From a virus (taxonomy: Duplodnaviria > Caudoviricetes), in IMG/VR virus record IMGVR_UViG_3300032225_001407, positions 1 to 47,931 of that record: DNA of 47,931 bases; one strand, 5' to 3'. The position numbers were made by a program, and so were the translations under genes. Below the pieces are notes generated by a model. That model did no database searches, had not been told where the DNA came from, and saw only the letters and a program-made list of their open reading frames with translations. Below are positions 1 through 8,945 of this stretch, piece after piece (the stretch's first letter is position 1; each line of letters opens with the position of its first letter).

Positions 1-147
1 GAAAGTCGAGCAAGTGATCGTGATCGTGCTATTGTGGCTGTGAACTATGCCAAATGGGATGCCGCTACCAAATGGGCTAAACGCAACGGGCTTACATTTA
101 GGGTTATCAACGAAGACATGATCTACCACCAAGGCAGCAAGAAATAA
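1..147 (+). CDS. Head completion nuclease (T4 gp4 / TnsA-like), 3' end only
   Basis: Frame 1 reads ...AIVAVNYAKWDAATKWAKRNGLTFRVINEDMIY..stop. This matches the N-x-AKW-x-AA...G-x-x-F-x-(V/I)-x-x-E C-terminal signature of gp4-family proteins. Not in the ORF track because it is 5'-truncated. Confidence 0.8.
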   Translation, partial: ESRASDRDRAIVAVNYAKWDAATKWAKRNGLTFRVINEDMIYHQGSKK

Positions 148-166
148 TAGCCTAGCATACCGACGG

Positions 167-172
167 TAAATA
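167..172 (+). promoter_or_regulatory. Late-type promoter core TAAATA (T4 late TATAAATA-like); representative copy
   Basis: TAAATA recurs just upstream of genes at 167, 663, 6242, 8933, 12385, 19239, 20013, 22261, 30971, 36316, 39965 (within full TATAAATA at 39963), 40847, 41527, 43463, 46324/46332, and on the minus strand at 30932-30937. Confidence 0.75.
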
Positions 173-176
173 TGGT

Positions 177-665
177 ATGACCAGAAAATTAGAAGAACTT
201 TTTGATTTCTCGCCTTCAGAACAGCCAGAAGACGCTCCTACCGTTGAGCAAACACGTACCCAGTTGGCTGAAATAGACGCCACTATTGACAAGATAGATG
301 CAGCTCTGCCCACTGTGCGTGATTTAGAGACTGGCGATAGCGAACTCGACGAACTGGCCGCAAAAGCACAAGAAACATTCAACGATCTAATGGACTTGGG
401 TATGCAGGTTGACAGCCGCTACTCAGGAGAGATATTTGCTGTGGCCAGTAGCATGTTGGGTCATGCGCTTACAGCCAAAACTACCAAGCTAAACAAAAAA
501 TTAAAAATGGTTGATTTGCAGTTAAAAAAGCTGAAAATGGACCAAGACCAACGCCGTAACGCACCCGAAGAAGCAATGGAAACTGCACACGGACAAGTGC
601 TGAGTCGAAACGACTTGCTGGAACGCTTGATAGCCTCCGGTGCACAAAACAATAACAAAGCATAA
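177..665 (+). CDS. Probable terminase small subunit (T4 gp16-like)
   Basis: Helical 162-aa protein. EIFAVASSML...KLKMVDLQLKK and the C-terminal SRNDLLERL resemble gp16 (EVFATLM..., GSPTELM). Lies in the head-gene region upstream of terL. Confidence 0.6.
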   Translation: MTRKLEELFDFSPSEQPEDAPTVEQTRTQLAEIDATIDKIDAALPTVRDLETGDSELDELAAKAQETFNDLMDLGMQVDSRYSGEIFAVASSMLGHALTAKTTKLNKKLKMVDLQLKKLKMDQDQRRNAPEEAMETAHGQVLSRNDLLERLIASGAQNNNKA

Positions 666-686
666 ATATCATATAGGGATACCAAG

Positions 687-1295
687 ATGAAAAATTTTCA
701 ACAATACCTCGCAGAAAGCGAAAGAACTTACAATTATAGAATTAAAATTGTGGGCGATGTTGCACCTGATTTCGTCAAACAGTTGGAAGAACGACTCAAA
801 CAGTTTGATGTTGTAAAAGTCAGCAAGCCACGGACCACCCCGGTTCAACTCAAACCGGCTGATTTCCCCAAGCATAGTAATGATTCAGTGACTAGTATGG
901 ATGTGGAATTTCGCTATCCAGCAATTGAGCCACAGATCAAAGAAATTGCTCAATTGCTATTCTTAGACCCAAACCGCATTGTCATGTTGACCGTGCCACA
1001 CGAAGAAGGTATGGACAGCGAGCGTGAAAAGGTTGATGCTGAAAATAAAGATTTATTAACTGACACAGACTATCCTGCTCCTGATGCTGCACAAAAGGCC
1101 TTGAGCAAAGATTATTCAGCTCCTTATGACGAACATGCTGTGTTAAAGAACACATATCGCAGTGACTTTACTGTGGCTGGCGGCAAGACACCGCCTGCAA
1201 AAACCACGAACGATCTGCCAATGGGTAACACCAGCCCAATGACCAAAGTAAAACGCCCACCACGCCCAGCAACTGGCGCTAACCCAAGAGGATAA
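687..1295 (+). CDS. Hypothetical virion (head) protein with internal-protein-like N-terminus
   Basis: Starts MKNFQQYLAE, similar to the T4 internal-protein capsid-targeting leader MKTYQEFIAE. TAAATA upstream. Confidence 0.55.
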   Translation: MKNFQQYLAESERTYNYRIKIVGDVAPDFVKQLEERLKQFDVVKVSKPRTTPVQLKPADFPKHSNDSVTSMDVEFRYPAIEPQIKEIAQLLFLDPNRIVMLTVPHEEGMDSEREKVDAENKDLLTDTDYPAPDAAQKALSKDYSAPYDEHAVLKNTYRSDFTVAGGKTPPAKTTNDLPMGNTSPMTKVKRPPRPATGANPRG

Positions 1296-1299
1296 TAGA

Positions 1300-3681
1300 A
1301 TGACATTTTTTTACGACTTAAACAAACGACTAGCCCAGTTGGCGCAAAAGCAAGATGCTCAACAAATTAGTGAAGATGCCAAGGCTGTTGCTCCAACAAG
1401 TAAGTTGGCTCAAGCACTGAACGAGCGCGATCTAGGCAAGCACAACAATGCCACTACAGGATTCAAAGCCTTGGCCAAGAAAGCCGGCGGCGGTAACATT
1501 GAAAAAGGCAATCGTATTGCTGGCGCACAGTTGGCAAAAATGCGAGCCAAAGGTCAAGTTGAAGAAGGCGACATGGAAGAAGGCAATGCCTTTACTGGTG
1601 CATTGGCCAAAACACCAAAAGGTGGCACGTTCAAAGTAGGTGGTAAAGAATTTAAAGATACAAGTAGTTTAGAAGAAGGTCATTGCCCTGCATGTGATTG
1701 CTCACCATGCGAGTGCGGCCCTATGGAAGAATCGGCATTCCAAGCAGCCATTGGCAAAAAGAAATACGGCGATGCCGGCATGAAGGCTTTGCAAAAAGCC
1801 GGTCGTGAGCATGCCAGTGCCAAGACTATGAGCAATATTCGCAACCGCTATGACAAGTATGATGAGAGTCAGGGCATGACCGACGAAGGCAATGCATTTA
1901 GCAAGGCGGTGGTTGATGCCAAGCGTGACGGTATACAAAAAGGTGAAAAGATTCGTGTAGGTGGCAAAGAGCTGCCGTTAAAAGAATTAGACATGCGATT
2001 GCTCAAGGGCGCACAAGGCTCAATGAAAGGTAGCAATACCGACAGCGAAAGCGAACGCAACAAACACAAGAAGTATGGTTATCGTAGTGACCGTGATGAC
2101 ACTGGCAATGACGATGACTATGATGAGCATGGCAATTTAAAGAACAAGAAAAAATCTGCTGTGTCCGACGGTCCTAAGAAAAAAGGACGTCCACCATCAG
2201 CTAGATCAAAAGATGAAGAGCGTGTAACCAAAGGCAGTCACAAATATAAAACAGTTGACGGCAAGCGTGTTAAGAAAGAAAAAACCAAAGAAGGTCTTGA
2301 CAGCGACGGCGTTATGATGACACGTCCCAGCAACATGAGCAGTGAAAGTGTTAGCCCTGCTGAGCAAGGTGAATACAATGACGAAGCCGGAATGACCAAA
2401 GACTCATTGCACACCATTGTGCGTCATGCCCGCGAATTAGAAAAATGTTTGCGTCAGAATGAGAACTTGCCAGAATGGGTGCAAGAAAAAGTTGGCCAAA
2501 TCAAAGGCATGATGAGCAGTGTCACTGACTATATCATCAGCACACACGAGCGTGATGCTGAACAGCACTTGGGTCGTGAAGGCATTACCATTGAACCAAT
2601 GGCTGAAGGTATTGACCGGGCACAGGTACAGGCAATCTACCACGAACTTGCAAACTTACGCAAGTTCGCAAAACAAGTTCAAAGTGGCGGACAGTTCCCA
2701 CAGGGCTTTGCCTCTCAGTTAGAAAATACATTATGGTCAGCTATGAAACTGATTCAAGCACAGCAACCAAACGATGCACAGGTGTTTGAAAAAGCAGTTA
2801 GCCAAGCTCAACGTAAAGCTGCTGGCATTGCACATGCCGCACAAAAGGGCGAAATTGCCAAGAGCAAGTTGCGCGGCGCCTCAAAAGAAATGGCCAAGAT
2901 GCCTCAAGGCGAACTACACAAATTTGCCGCTACCAAAGAAAAAGGCTTGCCCAAGCATGTGGATGAAGAGAGCACAGACCGAGAAGATCAACGTGCTGAA
3001 AAGGCCGGTCGTCGAGTGGCCAAGGATATTGAGCACGATGAAGGCCACAAAGGTCGTGACGACAACCGTGCCGAACGTGCTGGTAAGCGAGTTACCAAAG
3101 ACATTGAATACGATGATAAGAAAGATCGTAAAGAAAAGAAAGAAGAAAAAGTTGACGAAACAACTGTGTCTGGCAGCGTAGCCACTGCCGCTACAAGTGG
3201 CAAGTCCAGTAAAGGCATGCAGTTTGGCAAAGGCGTCTACGAAAGTCTGGACCGTCAGTTCAAACAGGCCCTGACTGAAAGTATCAGTATTGAATCCAAA
3301 ATGCAAGAATGTGGCGATGGCAATATGGAACCTGGAATTACTATACAAGCCGACGGCGAAGATGCTGCCAAGTTAATGATGTTGTTGAAGTTGGCTGGTC
3401 TTGACAATCAAATTCCCAAGGCTTGCCCAACCTGCGGTGGCAGCCCATGTGGCTGTGCTGAAATGGTAGACGAGAACAGCCCAGACTGGCCAACCAACAC
3501 AGAAACAGCGGATGCAGATCCTAACTTACGCACCTACTCGGGTGGCCTAAATGGTCCTAAGTCAACTGGTCAAAGCACAACTCCTGTTCTTGCTAGTCAA
3601 CTGCGTCGCCAAGCTAGTATGGAAGAGTCAGTTGAACTTGAACGTAACTTGTTCAAGACTTGGCAAAATTATAAAGGTTAA
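1300..3681 (+). CDS. Large charged modular head-internal/core protein, putative polyprotein
   Basis: 793 aa, K/E/D-rich. Many hydrophobic-X-E sites (ALNE, QVEE, DMEE, SLEE, PMEE, MTDE, PLKE, PMAE, QVFE, HVDE, KVDE, GVYE, ALTE, MVDE) and internal duplications. Confidence 0.6.
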   Translation: MTFFYDLNKRLAQLAQKQDAQQISEDAKAVAPTSKLAQALNERDLGKHNNATTGFKALAKKAGGGNIEKGNRIAGAQLAKMRAKGQVEEGDMEEGNAFTGALAKTPKGGTFKVGGKEFKDTSSLEEGHCPACDCSPCECGPMEESAFQAAIGKKKYGDAGMKALQKAGREHASAKTMSNIRNRYDKYDESQGMTDEGNAFSKAVVDAKRDGIQKGEKIRVGGKELPLKELDMRLLKGAQGSMKGSNTDSESERNKHKKYGYRSDRDDTGNDDDYDEHGNLKNKKKSAVSDGPKKKGRPPSARSKDEERVTKGSHKYKTVDGKRVKKEKTKEGLDSDGVMMTRPSNMSSESVSPAEQGEYNDEAGMTKDSLHTIVRHARELEKCLRQNENLPEWVQEKVGQIKGMMSSVTDYIISTHERDAEQHLGREGITIEPMAEGIDRAQVQAIYHELANLRKFAKQVQSGGQFPQGFASQLENTLWSAMKLIQAQQPNDAQVFEKAVSQAQRKAAGIAHAAQKGEIAKSKLRGASKEMAKMPQGELHKFAATKEKGLPKHVDEESTDREDQRAEKAGRRVAKDIEHDEGHKGRDDNRAERAGKRVTKDIEYDDKKDRKEKKEEKVDETTVSGSVATAATSGKSSKGMQFGKGVYESLDRQFKQALTESISIESKMQECGDGNMEPGITIQADGEDAAKLMMLLKLAGLDNQIPKACPTCGGSPCGCAEMVDENSPDWPTNTETADADPNLRTYSGGLNGPKSTGQSTTPVLASQLRRQASMEESVELERNLFKTWQNYKG

Positions 3682-3686
3682 TCAAA

Positions 3687-4193
3687 ATGGCTCAAGCATT
3701 AGTATACACTACCCCAATAAACAATGTAGTATGGACTACAGATAAAGCAGAAATTGTTACAACTGCTAATGCTGTTGCATATAATGTTACTATAGTCCAG
3801 GCCGGCAATCCCATTGTGGGTATTGTGGGCGATGTTACTGCTGCTAGTAATGTAATGATTACCACTAATGCTGGACAAAATTTAGTTGGTGCAACTTTTG
3901 TCACTGGGCCCGGTGTGGCCAATACAACTACTGTAGTCAGTGCTGTTAATGGACAAAGTTTGACAATGAGTGCCAATGCCAGTGCCACACTTGCTCAAAG
4001 TCAATATACCTTAACTACAGGCAATTATGGTAACTTGTATGTTGGCGGAACTAATTCAGGAGGTCCTAACGTGTCTCCGAATAGTCGTCAACAAATTTAT
4101 GTTGGAGCCGGCAATAAATTATCAGTATTCAATGCAACCGACGCCACTGTTAGAGCCATTGGAACAGCAAGTTCAGCTACTGCTGGATTCTAA
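3687..4193 (+). CDS. Hypothetical structural protein (T/N/A/G/V-rich, beta-rich)
   Basis: Few charged residues; composition typical of virion fibre or decoration proteins. Confidence 0.5.
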   Translation: MAQALVYTTPINNVVWTTDKAEIVTTANAVAYNVTIVQAGNPIVGIVGDVTAASNVMITTNAGQNLVGATFVTGPGVANTTTVVSAVNGQSLTMSANASATLAQSQYTLTTGNYGNLYVGGTNSGGPNVSPNSRQQIYVGAGNKLSVFNATDATVRAIGTASSATAGF

Positions 4194-4195
4194 TC

Positions 4196-4579
4196 ATGCG
4201 AGCTCAAGAGTTTATCTCTGAGGACCGCAAAGGTAAAATTCCTGGTGGCCATGACAATTCAATGCCCGGCGCACATATCATGCGTGACAACGGCGGATAT
4301 GATCGTACCAATCATTTGAATCGTATAATGATGGCAGCAGCATGTCATGACGGCAAAACAAAAAACGCTATTTCTAAAGATCAAATGGATCCAGCAAGTT
4401 GGGTTGAAAAATACAACACAGCACATCCATATACCAAAGAAGAGGACAACATGATTCACGGTGCTATGAAAACAATTGGTGCCGAAAGTCATCATGTTGT
4501 GTCAGACCATCGCAGCGTAGAACATCCAGATACACATAAAACAAGTCCTATGCGACCATTCAAAGGTTACGGCCGATGA
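4196..4579 (+). CDS. Hypothetical head-associated protein, paralog of the next gene
   Basis: Starts MRAQEFISE; ends KTSPMRPFKGYGR. Confidence 0.6.
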   Translation: MRAQEFISEDRKGKIPGGHDNSMPGAHIMRDNGGYDRTNHLNRIMMAAACHDGKTKNAISKDQMDPASWVEKYNTAHPYTKEEDNMIHGAMKTIGAESHHVVSDHRSVEHPDTHKTSPMRPFKGYGR

Positions 4580-4962
4580 GAGCTAGAGAGTTTATTACCG
4601 AAGAACAAAAATTGCCACCTGATCAAGGGGATCCACTACGTCAAACTTTTATACTTCCAGGATTGAGTTCGGATCAGCCATATCAAATTTATAGATTTGG
4701 CGTGGCCATGGCTCGTGCTCGAAGCGATGCAGTCAAAGATGATTTAAATCCTTTTATATTACCCTGGAACAAAAAAGAAGTATTTGGAAATCATGCTGTA
4801 GTAGCTGGTATGAATAATACAGTAGATCCTATTATAGATCAAGCATTACAAATGACCAACACTCCGGGTGGAAAAGATTTAATTGGCACAGGCCAAAGCG
4901 AAGAACCACCGTCAGTAGATAAAACAAGTCCTGTTCAGGCATTCAAAGGCTACCCAAGATGA
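4576..4962 (+). CDS. Hypothetical head-associated protein, paralog of the previous gene
   Basis: Starts MRAREFITE; ends KTSPVQAFKGYPR. ATGA overlap with the previous gene. Confidence 0.6.
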   Translation: MRAREFITEEQKLPPDQGDPLRQTFILPGLSSDQPYQIYRFGVAMARARSDAVKDDLNPFILPWNKKEVFGNHAVVAGMNNTVDPIIDQALQMTNTPGGKDLIGTGQSEEPPSVDKTSPVQAFKGYPR

Positions 4963-5669
4963 AAAAGTTATTGTTAGTATTACTCTTTGTTCCACTTGCG
5001 GCTCTAGCACAAATCAATCAGCAGTGCCCACAGTTTACAGTCAACGGCACACCGCATTATCAACCTCAACCAGGTGATCAAGAACTGTGCAAAACAAACT
5101 ATGCTGTAATTCATCGTTGCAATGTCAAAGCACCGGTGGCAGTGTTTGAGCACTTGACAGTAGCCGCAATGACAGGTCCAGCCAAACGCAAAGACAACTT
5201 TCGTCCTGACCCACAAGTTTTTCCACAGTGTCAAGCAACCTTGGCTGATTATGCTGTGCTTGGCAAGACACACGATCGTGGACACATGAGTCCAGCCGGC
5301 AACAACACCATCAACGATGCCGTCATGAGTGAAAGTTTCTTCTTAAGCAATATGGTAGCACAAGTGGCCAACAACAATCGTGGCATTTGGAAACAATTGG
5401 AAACTTGGGAACGTGATTGGGCCACAGCACCAGGCACAGACTTCTACATCATTTCAGGCGGTATATTTGATCCTGGACATCCTGTAGTAGGCAACGGCCT
5501 AGGCGTTCCAACCCGATTATACAAAATCATCATTGAAAAGAACAGTCAAAAAGTCCAGGCCTATCTGATGCCAAACGGACCGTTACCAGTGGCCGACTTA
5601 CCTAAATATCAAGTTCCAATGGCCGCCGTTGAACAAGCCACTGGCATGCGTTTTAATTTAGGGCAGTAA
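4959..5669 (+). CDS. DNA/RNA non-specific endonuclease (NucA/EndoG family) with signal peptide
   Basis: DRGH active-site motif, ESFFLSNMVAQ...NNRGIWKQLE, VPTRLYKII. Sec-type signal MKKLLLVLLFVPLAALA. Confidence 0.92.
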   Translation: MKKLLLVLLFVPLAALAQINQQCPQFTVNGTPHYQPQPGDQELCKTNYAVIHRCNVKAPVAVFEHLTVAAMTGPAKRKDNFRPDPQVFPQCQATLADYAVLGKTHDRGHMSPAGNNTINDAVMSESFFLSNMVAQVANNNRGIWKQLETWERDWATAPGTDFYIISGGIFDPGHPVVGNGLGVPTRLYKIIIEKNSQKVQAYLMPNGPLPVADLPKYQVPMAAVEQATGMRFNLGQ

Positions 5670-5675
5670 TTTGTT

Positions 5676-6248
5676 ATGCATGTAACTCCGGTTGACGGAT
5701 ACAATAATTTATTTCAAGTAGAAGATCTTGTACCAGAGTCGTTACTGGCTAAAATTAATTCCACTGATTGGTTGTCCTTGCCCTACGAGATCACTGACAA
5801 ACAAGAGCATTTTGTTAGAAAAAGTATCTTAGATGAAACGCTACCCTGGAACCAGGAATGGCGGGACAATATTGATTTATTTAGAAGAACTGTTTTATTA
5901 AAATTACTAGCCGACATGGGCATTAGATTAAAGCAATGGCATACCACCACCTGGTGGATTGACGAACCTGGATTTAATTGTGGCATGCATGTGGATGATC
6001 CTCGAGTAAAAGTTGTAATTCAAATGTATTGGATTGGCCAAGAAATTAACGGTACTACATTTTATAATTCTGACAATTTTGACTCGGTACGAAAACAGTT
6101 TATAGCAAAACCAAATACTGGTTATCTTGCAATTCATATAAAAGACGACAACAATCAGCTGCCAGAACTGTGGCATGCAATGATGGAACCAATTCCAGAA
6201 AATACCTTTCGTCTTACGTCCTTCACTTGGTTTGTCCCAGTTAAATAA
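5676..6248 (+). CDS. 2OG-Fe(II) oxygenase-like protein
   Basis: HxD (MHVDD), GTTFY strand, distal His (WHAM) and terminal RLTS. Confidence 0.75.
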   Translation: MHVTPVDGYNNLFQVEDLVPESLLAKINSTDWLSLPYEITDKQEHFVRKSILDETLPWNQEWRDNIDLFRRTVLLKLLADMGIRLKQWHTTTWWIDEPGFNCGMHVDDPRVKVVIQMYWIGQEINGTTFYNSDNFDSVRKQFIAKPNTGYLAIHIKDDNNQLPELWHAMMEPIPENTFRLTSFTWFVPVK

Positions 6249-6251
6249 GGC

Positions 6252-7373
6252 ATGAGCAATTTTTATTGTGCAGCTCCTTGGCGGGGCCTGCACATCAATC
6301 CACAAGGCAGTGTAAAAACCTGTTGTGCAGGCGATCCAAATATGTTGGGCAATTTAAACAGCCAAACCATTGAGGAGATTCTGCATGGCCCTGCGCTACA
6401 AGAAGTTCGTCAAACCCTACGATCAGGACAGCCACATGCCCAGTATTGCCACAATTGTGTGCAGGCCGAGCGTTATGGTCGTAGCGAACGTGATTGGCAC
6501 AACAGAATAAATCCTGGATTTGATGCTGGCCAAGCCACAGATGTAGAACACCATCCAGTCTTGATTGACATACGTTGGAACACCACTTGTAATTTTAGTT
6601 GTAACTATTGCAACGAACACAGCAGCAGTCAATGGGCTAGTCTAAAACAATTATCGGTGCAGTCAGGCACTAGACCCTACTCAGACCAAGTATGCGATTA
6701 TCTTGAACAACATCAGAGCCACATCAAGAAAGTGGCTCTAATTGGTGGCGAGCCGTTGTTGTTAAAAGAAAATGAACGGTTATTGGATGCAATTCCTGTG
6801 GATTGCCAAGTGGACGTTATAACCAACCTTGGGGTAGACTTGAGCACTAACAAAATATTTGCCAAACTGGCCGAACGTCGGCGTGTTGGTTGGAACATCA
6901 GCATTGACAACACAGGCGAGCGTTTTGAATATGTGCGCTACGGTGGTACATGGAGTCTGATCGAACAGAATATCAAAACTATACAGTCCTGCGCCGGTCA
7001 TAGATTAGGCATACACCCGCTTTACAACATTTACAATGCTACTAGACTATCGGAATTGATTTCTTGGGCACAGGATACCAACGTGCCTGTGCATTGGCAA
7101 AGCCTGTATCATCCAGCGTGTTTAGATCCCTTGCAACTGGGACCAGAAGTTAGACAGCTGGCCTTGACGGAATTACGAACAGTATTAAGTAAACCAGATT
7201 TGGATCACGGTCAACGTAACTTTCTACAAGAAACCGAAGCGCGGCATCAGCAGGCCAGCAACAATATATTACCAGAATTTATAAATCACCTTGCCGAAAT
7301 TGAAAGTAAATATCATTCTAGTGCCGCAGGTCGTTTTGAACAACTATGGCCTGAGCTAGCAAGTTTAATATGA
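6252..7373 (+). CDS. Radical SAM protein with N-terminal twitch/SPASM-like domain
   Basis: CAAPW...G.VKTCC...CHNC precedes CNFSCNYC; GGEP; TN motif; SID...FEYVRYG. Confidence 0.92.
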   Translation: MSNFYCAAPWRGLHINPQGSVKTCCAGDPNMLGNLNSQTIEEILHGPALQEVRQTLRSGQPHAQYCHNCVQAERYGRSERDWHNRINPGFDAGQATDVEHHPVLIDIRWNTTCNFSCNYCNEHSSSQWASLKQLSVQSGTRPYSDQVCDYLEQHQSHIKKVALIGGEPLLLKENERLLDAIPVDCQVDVITNLGVDLSTNKIFAKLAERRRVGWNISIDNTGERFEYVRYGGTWSLIEQNIKTIQSCAGHRLGIHPLYNIYNATRLSELISWAQDTNVPVHWQSLYHPACLDPLQLGPEVRQLALTELRTVLSKPDLDHGQRNFLQETEARHQQASNNILPEFINHLAEIESKYHSSAAGRFEQLWPELASLI

Positions 7374-8935
7374 GCCAAACCGAATCCACTTTAGTTAAAA
7401 CACCATACAAGAAGACAGCCTTCACGGACCAACAGTTGGAGGAGTTTGTAAAGTGCGCTGACCCTGTTACTGGGCCACAATACTTTATGGACAACTTTTT
7501 TCATATACAGCATCCGGTCAAGGGCAAGATGCTGTATCATCCGTTTGACTATCAAAAGCGACTGATAGACACTTACCACAACTATCGATTCAGTATCAGT
7601 ATGATGCCTCGACAAACTGGTAAATCAACCAGTGCCGCTGGATATCTGTTATGGGTGGCCATGTTTCGCCCTGACAGCACAATCCTTATTGCCGCACACA
7701 AATACACCGGCTCACAAGAAATCATGCAACGTATTCGCTATGCGTACGAGTTGTGCCCAGATCATATACGTGCCGGTGTTACCAGTTACAACAAAGGCAA
7801 TCTAGACTTTGAAAACGGAAGTCGCATAGTTTCGACCACCACAACAGAAAATACCGGACGCGGTATGAGTATATCCTTACTATACTGTGACGAGTTTGCG
7901 TTCGTGCGCCCTGGCATTGCCAAAGAGTTCTGGACTAGTATCAGTCCTACGTTGGCCACTGGTGGTAAGGCAATTATCACTAGCACTCCGAACTCAGACG
8001 AAGATCAGTTTGCCCTGCTTTGGAAAGGTGCTCTCAAGTGCGAGGACGAATTTGGCAATCCTACTGACGTTGGCATCAATGGATTTAAGAGTTATCGTAG
8101 CTACTGGAATGAACATCCAGATCGTGATGAAAAGTGGGCCAGCGAACAGCGAGCACAGTTAGGTGAAGATCGTTTCCGTCGAGAAATGGGTTGTGAATTC
8201 ATCATCAATGATGAAACCTTGATTGCTCCTGCTAAACTTATTGATCTACAAGGACATGAACCCTTGTATAAAACTGGACAAGTTCGATGGTATCAACGAC
8301 CCCGAGCAGGACGTACCTATGTGATTGGTCTTGATCCTAGCTTAGGCACGGGTGGGGATGCAGCCGCTATACAAATATTTGAAGCAGAAACCACAGAACA
8401 AGTGGCCGAATGGCGTCATAACAGAACACCCATACCTGAACAGGTTCGTATATTGGCCAGCATCTGTGCTCACATAAACGAAACAGTCAAAGACCCACAA
8501 CGAATATATTTTAGTATAGAAAACAATACCATTGGTGAAGCTGCCTTGATCAGTATCGATGAATATGGCGAAGAAAACATACAAGGCTACTTTTTAAGCG
8601 ATCCACACTCGGGCGGAAATAGACGATACCGCAAAGGATTTAATACTACAAATAAACCCAAGCTGGCGGCCTGTAACAAATTAAAAACCTTGATTGAATC
8701 CGGTCGCATGAAAATACGTAGTGCAAGCATGGTCAGCGAGCTTAAAACCTTTGTGGCTGCCGGTGTAAGTTATGCGGCCAAAATAGGTGAAACTGACGAC
8801 CTAGTAATGGCCACAGTGCTGACGGTGCGTATGCTACAACTGTTACAAACCTATGATAACAGCATCGATACCCAGCTAAGAGACCACGGAGATAATATAA
8901 TTCCTCCTATGCCGTTCATCAGCGTAAGGCGCTAA
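7370..8935 (+). CDS. terL: Terminase large subunit (T4 gp17-like)
   Basis: Q-motif PFDYQ, Walker A PRQTGKST, Walker B LLYCDEFAF, motif III ITSTPN, RNase H-like nuclease IGLDPS...DDLVMA. Confidence 0.96.
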   Translation: MSQTESTLVKTPYKKTAFTDQQLEEFVKCADPVTGPQYFMDNFFHIQHPVKGKMLYHPFDYQKRLIDTYHNYRFSISMMPRQTGKSTSAAGYLLWVAMFRPDSTILIAAHKYTGSQEIMQRIRYAYELCPDHIRAGVTSYNKGNLDFENGSRIVSTTTTENTGRGMSISLLYCDEFAFVRPGIAKEFWTSISPTLATGGKAIITSTPNSDEDQFALLWKGALKCEDEFGNPTDVGINGFKSYRSYWNEHPDRDEKWASEQRAQLGEDRFRREMGCEFIINDETLIAPAKLIDLQGHEPLYKTGQVRWYQRPRAGRTYVIGLDPSLGTGGDAAAIQIFEAETTEQVAEWRHNRTPIPEQVRILASICAHINETVKDPQRIYFSIENNTIGEAALISIDEYGEENIQGYFLSDPHSGGNRRYRKGFNTTNKPKLAACNKLKTLIESGRMKIRSASMVSELKTFVAAGVSYAAKIGETDDLVMATVLTVRMLQLLQTYDNSIDTQLRDHGDNIIPPMPFISVRR

Positions 8936-8945
8936 ATACACTACT

